From positions 20,305 to 84,304 of the forward strand of contig JBIJAF010000001.1 of assembly GCA_044345905.1 (NCBI GenBank): 64,000 bases of DNA, read 5' to 3'. Positions within the stretch are counted from its first letter, which is position 1, and each line of letters starts with the position of its first letter. This DNA is from Rhodoluna sp. (GTDB lineage: Bacteria; Actinomycetota; Actinomycetes; Actinomycetales; Microbacteriaceae). A program made the position numbers and the translations under genes. Under the pieces are notes generated by a model. It made no database searches. It was not told the DNA's origin and worked only from the letters and a program-made list of their open reading frames with translations. Of this stretch, positions 57,624 to 64,000 are shown in pieces.

Positions 57624-60600
57624 CGCTCCTTCGTTCTGAACTTCAGAGAGTTCTACTAAGTTATCCAAAGCTGATGTTCCAAAGTGCTGCTTAACTTCTG
57701 AGATGAGTGCATCGCCAACAAACACTTTGTGCTTCAATCTGTAAGGCGTCACTCCAGTACTTGATTTCATAAGTAGTTGAACTTCAGTTTGACCTGGGTA
57801 TCTCTTGAAGATTGCATCAAGAATTTCAACATTTTTATTTGTCGCTAAGTGTTCGGGGATGCTTATCTTCAATGGACCAACAAAGTTAGATTCTTCTTTT
57901 TCCAAAACTCTAATGTCGTAAACATTTAGTGAGAAACCATCATCTCTTGGACGCATCTTGCCTCGGATGGCAACCATGGTGTCTACGTTCAACTTGTCAA
58001 TGTGCTCTTGATAGGTTTTATTGAAAATCATCAGGGTAACTTCACCTTCAAGATCTTCAATTGTCAGGTTCGCATAAATGTTTCCTGACTTACGAGCAGT
58101 TTTCACTTCAACCGCAGTAATCAAACCTGCAAGTGTCACAGCCTCTGTGTCAACGAAGTTAGTTCTTGAATTGAATGAATCGATAGTTTCTGTAGCACTA
58201 CTGCGAAGTCTGCTCTCTGCTCCTTGGAGAGGATGAGCACTGACATAAAGCCCCAGCATCTCTCGCTCTAAGCTAAGTAGCTGACGTTGAGGCCATTCAG
58301 CAAGATTGGCGATCTTGTAGCTAGTCTCTTCTGAATCAAAATCTCCAAACAAATCACTGTCACCAGTTGATTTAGATTTCTTAGCTTTAATCTCAGCTGC
58401 AATTATTTCTTCGTGGGCTTCAAACAGCGCTCTTCTAGAAACTCCGAAGGAATCGAAAGCTCCCGCTTTGATAAGGGATTCGATTACTTTCTTTGTGCAA
58501 ACAGATGCCGGAACCTTAGAAACGAAGTCTTGGAAAGATTCGAATCTTCCTTCTGTTTCTCTGGTTCGAACGATTTCTTGAACAACACCAAGACCCACAT
58601 TTCGGATTGCTTCCAAACCAAAACGAATGTCTTTGCCAACAGCTCTAAAGTCGGCAATTGAGTCGTTCACATCTGGCGGTAATACCTGGATTCCAGATCT
58701 TCTAGCTTCACTTAGGTATACACCTAGACGATCTCTAGAACTTCTAACAGAGGTAAGCAGAGCAGCCATGTATTCCTGAGGGAAGTTAGCCTTCATGTAG
58801 GCGGTCCAGTATGAAAGAACTCCATACGCAGCACTGTGTGCCTTGTTAAACGCATAGTCCGCGAATGGAAGCAATGTGTCCCAAAGTTTTTCAACTACAA
58901 CTTCGCTAAAACCGTTATCTTTCATGCCTGCCGCAAAGCTTGTCTTTTGTTCATCTAGAACATCTTTGAGCTTCTTACCCATTGCACTTCGCAGAGCGTC
59001 CGCCTGAACTAGAGAGAAGTTAGCAACTTTTTGAGCTACCGCCATTACCTGCTCTTGATAAACAATCAAGCCGTAGGTTGGATCAAGGATCTCAGAAAGT
59101 GGGCCTTCAAGATCTGGGTGAATTGACGTTGGCTGCTCGTTACCGTTCTTACGATGAGCGTATGAAGTGTGAGAACCAACACCCATAGGTCCTGGTCTAT
59201 ACAACGCAATCGCGGCTGAGATGTGTTCGAACTTTGATGGCTTCAAAATCTTTAGAAGCGATCTCATCTGACCACCATCGAGCTGGAAGACTCCAAGAGT
59301 TTCACCTCGGGAAAGCATTTCGTAAGTTAGCTGGTCTCCATCTAGGTCAAGGTCTTCAAGAACAACTGTTTCACCTCGGTTAGATAAAGCATTCTCAATA
59401 GCCTTATCCAACACCGTTAGGTTTCGAAGACCCAGGAAGTCCATCTTCACAAGCCCTAGATCTTCACAAGGCTTCTGAGCAAAGGCGGTGATGATAGCTC
59501 CGTCATCGTCTCTTCTGATAACCGGAATGACATCCATCAATGGAACAGCAGACATGATTACACCAGCAGCGTGAACGCTGGTCTGACGCTTTAGACCTTC
59601 AAGACCTCTTGCCAGTTCAAATACTTTTCTTGCGTCTGGATCTTCTTCAAGGATTTTTCTAAACTCTGCAGCTTCTTTGTATCTGCTCTTGGAGTCGGAA
59701 CTGGTAGTTGCTGCAGCGATTACTACTGGTTCAAACTCGATTGTCTCTTCTTCAAACTCTTCGTCAGTAGGTTCTTCAACTACAACTTCAGCGACAGGCT
59801 TTAGCTTTGGATCTTCGACCATTTCGCGAAGAGTCATTTCCTTACCCAAAATCATTGGCGGCATTGCTTTGGTTAGCTTCTCCCCAACCGAGTAATCCAT
59901 ACCCAAGACTCTTGCTGCATCTTTTAGGCTCTGCTTTGCCTTAATGGTTCCGTAGGTAATGATCTGAGCAACTCTGTCATCACCATACTTTTCAGTAACG
60001 TATCTGATTACCTCTCCACGACGACGATCATCGAAATCAACATCGATATCAGGCAAGCTCTTTCTGCTTGGGTTTAGGAATCTTTCAAAGATTAGACCGT
60101 ACTTGATTGGATCAAGTGCTGTGATACCCAAAACATAGGAAACCAAAGAACCCGCAGCCGAACCACGACCAGGACCTACTCTGATGCCTTGAGCTCTAGC
60201 CCAGGAAATAAAGTCAGCTACTACTAAGAAGTAACCAGGGAAGTTCATGTTCTTGATGACTTCAATTTCGTAGGCAATACGTTCTTGATACTCAGGATCG
60301 ATGTTGGTCCCGAAGCGAGACTTCATTCCTGCCAACACCTCTTGCTCGAACCAAGAGCTTTCGGTGTGGCCTGCAGGCACTTCAAATCTTGGCATGAGGT
60401 TTCGCTCTTCAAACGAGATGTTTGAACGTTCTGCAACCAGCAGAGTGTTGTCACAAGCCTCAGGGAAATCAGCAAACAGCTCTCGCATCTGCCTTGCACT
60501 CTTCAGGTAATAACCTTCACCATCAAACTTGAATCTCTTTTCATCATTCATTTGAGTGCCAGTTTGAAGACAAAGCAGAGCCTCTTGAGCTTCTACGTGA

Positions 60601-61280
60601 CCCGGTTCTGTGTAGTGAAGGTCATTTGTAGCAAGAAGTGGAATACCTAGGTCTTTAGAGAGCTTGATTAGATCATCAAATGATCTGCGTTCAACGTTTG
60701 CCCCGTGATCCATGATTTCGATGAAGTAGTTTTCTTTACCGAAGATGTCTCTAAACTCGGCTGCGGTTTCTAGCGCCTCTTTGTATTGGCCTAGACGCAG
60801 TCTTGTTTGAACTTCCCCACCGGCACAGCCCGAGGTAGCAATAATTCCCTTAGCGTGCTTAGCAAGAAGCTCTCGATCCATTCTTGGCTGGAAGTAATAA
60901 CCCTCTAACCAAGCATGAGAACTGAGCTTGAAGAGATTCATCATGCTGTCGTTATCAGTTGAGAGCATGGTTAGGTGAGAATAAGAACCTTTAGAAAGAT
61001 CATCTTCTCCACCATCAGCCCAATAGGTTCTGGTCTTATCAAGTCTTGAACCAGGCGCTAGGTAAGCTTCGATACCAATGATTGGCTTGATGCCCCTTTT
61101 GGTTGCCTTCTGCCAGAACTCGTAAGCTCCGAAGTTATTGCCGTGATCGGTAATAGCAATTGCAGGCATTTCAAAGTCAACGGCCTTATCAAGTAGCTCG
61201 TCAATTTTGGCTGCTCCATCAAGCATGGAGTAATCCGTATGCACGTGAAGGTGCACAAAGTTATCGCTACTTGATGTCAT
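57552..61280 (-). CDS. dnaE: DNA polymerase III alpha subunit (DnaE1)
   Basis: 1242-aa ORF with PHP domain HLHVHTDYSMLDG, palm motif PDIDVDF, and OB-fold and C-terminal domains. It is longer than typical because of an acidic insertion and a C-terminal extension. Confidence 0.95.
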   Translation of the reverse strand: MTSSSDNFVHLHVHTDYSMLDGAAKIDELLDKAVDFEMPAIAITDHGNNFGAYEFWQKATKRGIKPIIGIEAYLAPGSRLDKTRTYWADGGEDDLSKGSYSHLTMLSTDNDSMMNLFKLSSHAWLEGYYFQPRMDRELLAKHAKGIIATSGCAGGEVQTRLRLGQYKEALETAAEFRDIFGKENYFIEIMDHGANVERRSFDDLIKLSKDLGIPLLATNDLHYTEPGHVEAQEALLCLQTGTQMNDEKRFKFDGEGYYLKSARQMRELFADFPEACDNTLLVAERSNISFEERNLMPRFEVPAGHTESSWFEQEVLAGMKSRFGTNIDPEYQERIAYEIEVIKNMNFPGYFLVVADFISWARAQGIRVGPGRGSAAGSLVSYVLGITALDPIKYGLIFERFLNPSRKSLPDIDVDFDDRRRGEVIRYVTEKYGDDRVAQIITYGTIKAKQSLKDAARVLGMDYSVGEKLTKAMPPMILGKEMTLREMVEDPKLKPVAEVVVEEPTDEEFEEETIEFEPVVIAAATTSSDSKSRYKEAAEFRKILEEDPDARKVFELARGLEGLKRQTSVHAAGVIMSAVPLMDVIPVIRRDDDGAIITAFAQKPCEDLGLVKMDFLGLRNLTVLDKAIENALSNRGETVVLEDLDLDGDQLTYEMLSRGETLGVFQLDGGQMRSLLKILKPSKFEHISAAIALYRPGPMGVGSHTSYAHRKNGNEQPTSIHPDLEGPLSEILDPTYGLIVYQEQVMAVAQKVANFSLVQADALRSAMGKKLKDVLDEQKTSFAAGMKDNGFSEVVVEKLWDTLLPFADYAFNKAHSAAYGVLSYWTAYMKANFPQEYMAALLTSVRSSRDRLGVYLSEARRSGIQVLPPDVNDSIADFRAVGKDIRFGLEAIRNVGLGVVQEIVRTRETEGRFESFQDFVSKVPASVCTKKVIESLIKAGAFDSFGVSRRALFEAHEEIIAAEIKAKKSKSTGDSDLFGDFDSEETSYKIANLAEWPQRQLLSLEREMLGLYVSAHPLQGAESRLRSSATETIDSFNSRTNFVDTEAVTLAGLITAVEVKTARKSGNIYANLTIEDLEGEVTLMIFNKTYQEHIDKLNVDTMVAIRGKMRPRDDGFSLNVYDIRVLEKEESNFVGPLKISIPEHLATNKNVEILDAIFKRYPGQTEVQLLMKSSTGVTPYRLKHKVFVGDALISEVKQHFGTSALDNLVELSEVQNEGALEPIAGDDVAPLVVEQAGELFGQ

Positions 61281-61367
61281 TGACTTACTTATCTTTTGTT
61301 TATGTGGCTCGGGGAAATAGCCTAACTTGACCCGCTGTCATACTATTTCAGGCTCGCAGCCCAAAGG

Positions 61368-62294
61368 CTATGTGGTGCGAAGCACCTCTAAGGCGTGGGC
61401 AAGATCTGCAGGGTAACTACTCTCAAAGGAAACGTAGTCGCCCTTGGTTGGGTGGATAAAACCTAACTTCATTGCGTGTAGCCACTGTCTTTCAAGACCA
61501 AGTCTCAAAGCTAGTTTTGCATCACAGCCATACAAGCTATCCCCTGCAAGCGGGTGCTTGAAGGCAGCTAGATGAACCCTAATCTGATGAGTTCTTCCTG
61601 TTTCTAATTCAATCTCCAATAGCGATGCTGCTTGGAATGCTTCTAGTGTTTTGTAGTGAGTGATGGATGGTTTTCCATCCTGGGTTACGGCGAACTTGTA
61701 CTCGTGCTTTAGATGTCTGCCAATAGGTGCATCAATCGTTCCAGCACTTGGATCAGGGTGTCCTTGAGCTAGGGCATGGTACGTCTTATCCACCACTCGA
61801 TCACGGAAGGCTTGCTTCATTCTGCTGTAGGCAATCTCTGTTTTAGTTAGAACCATCAATCCGCTGGTTCCAACATCCAGACGAGAAACAATTCCCTGTC
61901 TTTCAGCTACTCCACTGGTTGACATTTCAATCCCTAATGCAAGAAGTGCTCCACCGACACTTGGACCATCCCAGCCAACAGATGGATGGGCAGCTACTCC
62001 GGCAGGCTTATCAACCACAACAATGTCCTGATCTTGATAAACAACTTTTAGACCTTCAACGTTTTCGGCTACCAAAGCCAAAGCTGGTTTTGGTTTGGGA
62101 AGCGATATGCGCAGCCAGGCATCAGGAACTAAAGAATCTGATTTGGAAATCACTTGGTCGTTTTGCTGAACCAGTCCATCTTCAATCATTGCTGCAACTG
62201 CTGATCTGGACATTCCTAGAAGCTTTGCTATTCCGGCATCCGCTCTTGAACCTGCTAGACCTTCAGTGACTTGGACTAACTTCTCTTCATTCAC
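61368..62294 (-). CDS. rluD: RluA-family 23S rRNA pseudouridine synthase (RluD-like)
   Basis: An N-terminal S4-like segment is followed by the catalytic motif SRLDVGTSGLMVL and by GRTHQIRVH. Confidence 0.85.
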   Translation of the reverse strand: MNEEKLVQVTEGLAGSRADAGIAKLLGMSRSAVAAMIEDGLVQQNDQVISKSDSLVPDAWLRISLPKPKPALALVAENVEGLKVVYQDQDIVVVDKPAGVAAHPSVGWDGPSVGGALLALGIEMSTSGVAERQGIVSRLDVGTSGLMVLTKTEIAYSRMKQAFRDRVVDKTYHALAQGHPDPSAGTIDAPIGRHLKHEYKFAVTQDGKPSITHYKTLEAFQAASLLEIELETGRTHQIRVHLAAFKHPLAGDSLYGCDAKLALRLGLERQWLHAMKLGFIHPTKGDYVSFESSYPADLAHALEVLRTT

Positions 62295-62788
62295 TTGGAT
62301 CCGCCAAATTTATCTCCACGAACCATGCGAAGAGCAATTAGGAAAGCCGCTGAAGAAATTGCCATGTCGGCGATATTGAATATCGGGAAGTTGAAAGGTA
62401 TCTGAATGAAATCAACTACGTGACCGTTAGGAAATCCTGGTTCTCTAAACAATCTGTCGATTAGGTTTCCACCAACTCCACCGAGAGCAAACCCACCTAG
62501 CAATAACCAACCTTTAGTTCTGAACTTGGGACCTACCCAAAGCAAGAAAAGACAAGCCAAAGAAGCTAGCAAGGTAAATACCCAGGTGTTTGCTCCACCA
62601 AGGGAGAAGGCCGCCCTGTCGTTGAATGCCAGAGTGAAGTTCAGAACTTCCGGAATTACAGGAACTGGTTCGTACAGCTCAAGAACCTCTAGTGCCAATG
62701 ATTTAGTTAGTTGATCTAGAGTGATGATGCTAATCGCCACACCCAGAAAAGTTAGGGTCGCTTTGTTGAAAGGCTGCCTAGTAGTCAA
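62291..62788 (-). CDS. lspA: Signal peptidase II
   Basis: 165-aa, 4-TM ORF with the catalytic Asp contexts GNLIDRL and FNIADM. Confidence 0.9.
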   Translation of the reverse strand: MTTRQPFNKATLTFLGVAISIITLDQLTKSLALEVLELYEPVPVIPEVLNFTLAFNDRAAFSLGGANTWVFTLLASLACLFLLWVGPKFRTKGWLLLGGFALGGVGGNLIDRLFREPGFPNGHVVDFIQIPFNFPIFNIADMAISSAAFLIALRMVRGDKFGGSK

Positions 62789-62792
62789 CTAA

Positions 62793-63443
62793 TTAGATTT
62801 GGAAGGTTTGGTTGGCAATTTGGTTAGGACCTGTTGAGGTCTTAGGAGCTGTTGAGTTAGCAGCCTCAAGATCGCTTAACTGACCTTCGATATAAGACTT
62901 GAGCTTCGCTCTGTAGTCTCTTTCGAAGTTACGAAGTGTCTGTAGGTCGTTTTCTGCCAAAGCCTTCTCTTGCTCAAGTCTTGACATGTCTGCTCTGTGT
63001 TGGGCTTCTGCTTCTCTAACAATTCTTGCTGCTGTCGCGTGACCTTCAGCAACTAGTGCATCACGCTTTTCAAGACCTTCGCGAACGTGTTCTTCGTGAA
63101 GCTTACGAGCAAGCTGTAGCAAGTTGTTTGTGTTGTTTCCTTCGAAGGAGCTCAAGTCAGCAGCTGCCTGAGGGAAGGCTTCGTTATCTGTTGTTGAGTC
63201 TGGAATTGAAGCTTCTGCTGTGTTGACCTGCTGAACTAGACCCGCTCCAGATCTCTGAAGCTCTGTCAGACGACCATCAGCTGCCAATAGACGCTGTCTT
63301 AGGTCTTCGTTCTCCTGTGAAATGCGACGCATCTCAAGGACTATCTCATCTAGGAAGTCATCAACTTCATCCTGGTCATAGCCTTCACGGAATTTGGTTG
63401 GCTGGAATCTCTTGTTTACGACATCTTCTGGAGTCAACGGCAT
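62793..63443 (-). CDS. divIVA: DivIVA/Wag31 polar growth determinant
   Basis: The N-terminus MPLTPEDVVNKRFQPTKFREGYDQDEVDDFLDEI is followed by a coiled coil. ATG at 63443 is preceded by AGGGAG. The ORF-track GTG 63470 is rejected. Confidence 0.9.
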   Translation of the reverse strand: MPLTPEDVVNKRFQPTKFREGYDQDEVDDFLDEIVLEMRRISQENEDLRQRLLAADGRLTELQRSGAGLVQQVNTAEASIPDSTTDNEAFPQAAADLSSFEGNNTNNLLQLARKLHEEHVREGLEKRDALVAEGHATAARIVREAEAQHRADMSRLEQEKALAENDLQTLRNFERDYRAKLKSYIEGQLSDLEAANSTAPKTSTGPNQIANQTFQI

Positions 63444-63519
63444 CGCAATCTCCCTATTCTTCTCTGCCACACAATCATGTGGTCTTGGACAAAAGTTAAG
63501 GTTACCCTACCTAGGCAAA

Positions 63520-63807
63520 CTAGATGAGTGTTCTTAACAGGAACTCTAGAACTATCAACAGCACGAAAACGGCCAAAATTGACAGATCTATGTAGGCTCC
63601 ACCCACCCTCACAGGCTTGATTATCTTGGAAAGTGGCTTGATTACCCAGTCTGTAAGGGTAAATGTGAGTTCTGCCAATATTAGGAAAATTCCCTTTGGT
63701 CTGAACTTAGGGTTTAGGTCCCTCACCCATTCAATAATGATTCGGGCAAGCAAGATGATTCGGAAGATCTCAAGAACATTGAGAAGAATTACAGCAATTT
63801 GCGACAA
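63520..63807 (-). CDS. yggT: YggT family membrane protein
   Basis: 95-aa, 2-TM protein located between sepF and divIVA, as in all actinobacterial dcw-distal clusters. It starts at TTG. Confidence 0.8.
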   Translation of the reverse strand: MSQIAVILLNVLEIFRIILLARIIIEWVRDLNPKFRPKGIFLILAELTFTLTDWVIKPLSKIIKPVRVGGAYIDLSILAVFVLLIVLEFLLRTLI

Positions 63808-63819
63808 AACTACTCCAGG

Positions 63820-64000
63820 CTATGGACGAACGATAAGGCGGTCGCCTTCAGCTTCAAGCACGTCATCAGCGTCAGGATCGATGTCAACGCCATAAGGAGC
63901 TAGAAGGTAAACAGTCTCAGCCACACGCTTTGACTCGCCTAGAAGACCCGCTTTAAGCCCTGCCATAAAGTCAACAAGTCTTCTGGTCTCTCCATCGCTC
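63820..64000 (-). CDS. sepF: Cell division protein SepF (C-terminal part; truncated by window edge)
   Basis: This ORF is not in the track because it has no start within the window. My reverse-strand translation gives ..SDGETRRLVDFMAGLKAGLLGESKRVAETVYLLAPYGVDIDPD...RLIVRP*, which matches the SepF C-terminal domain pattern and the synteny. Confidence 0.7.
   Translation of the reverse strand, partial: SDGETRRLVDFMAGLKAGLLGESKRVAETVYLLAPYGVDIDPDADDVLEAEGDRLIVRP

Noticed and set aside
1-64000. Search for mobile elements, CRISPR arrays, integrases, toxin-antitoxin pairs, restriction or defence genes, and long direct or inverted repeats
   Set aside because: Every ORF of 60 aa or more outside the called genes is an antisense or overlapping artefact. 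No spacer exceeds about 240 bp apart from those holding rnpB and the tRNA, and I saw no repeat arrays. The window looks like ordinary core chromosome.

Overview
This window is a densely packed, almost gap-free core-chromosome segment of an actinobacterium with moderately low GC. My hand counts on a few 60-nt lines gave about 33-52 % GC. I call 54 protein genes, RNase P RNA (rnpB) and one tRNA-Val. Most intergenic spacers are under 130 bp, and many gene pairs overlap by 1-4 nt. Gene content and order follow the classic actinobacterial housekeeping neighbourhood: sepH, topo IV-like parC/parE, sigA, pepA-lpdA-sucB, lipB-lipA, glnA-glnE-glnA2, nadE, panB, map, ppgK, the RNaseH/CobC-Zn-ribbon-Nif3 cluster, ahpE, aceE, fabD-fabH-acpP-fabF, ctaC-ctaD-ctaF, erpA, pyrD, nrdR-nrdJ, hisD, dnaE, rluD-lspA-divIVA-yggT-sepF. 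This order parallels the M. tuberculosis glnA1/lipA/Rv2228c-2230c/aceE/kasA region. A streamlined aquatic Micrococcales-like lineage is my inference only. I found no mobile elements, CRISPR arrays, prophage, toxin-antitoxin or defence islands, and I do not see a self-contained novel multi-gene system. The observations most worth a second look are at the residue or codon level. (1) The GatD partner of MurT has no cysteine at all; Ser-Ser-Gly replaces the Cys-Gly-Gly nucleophile elbow. (2) The adjacent MurT lacks the 4-Cys ribbon. (3) An MFS transporter encodes its first TM helix upstream of any ATG/GTG/TTG, and apparently initiates at a CTG in a CTGA overlap with the upstream stop. (4) dnaE carries an acidic insertion and a C-terminal extension ending in QAGELF, and it overlaps the convergent flavin reductase gene by 72 nt. 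(5) An NCS1-like permease has a roughly 270-aa acidic N-terminal extension and heads the nif3 operon. (6) A lineage-specific membrane-anchored ORF sits between sucB and lipB, next to three phased 10-bp repeats. All functional calls rest on motif recognition by eye; no database search was possible.
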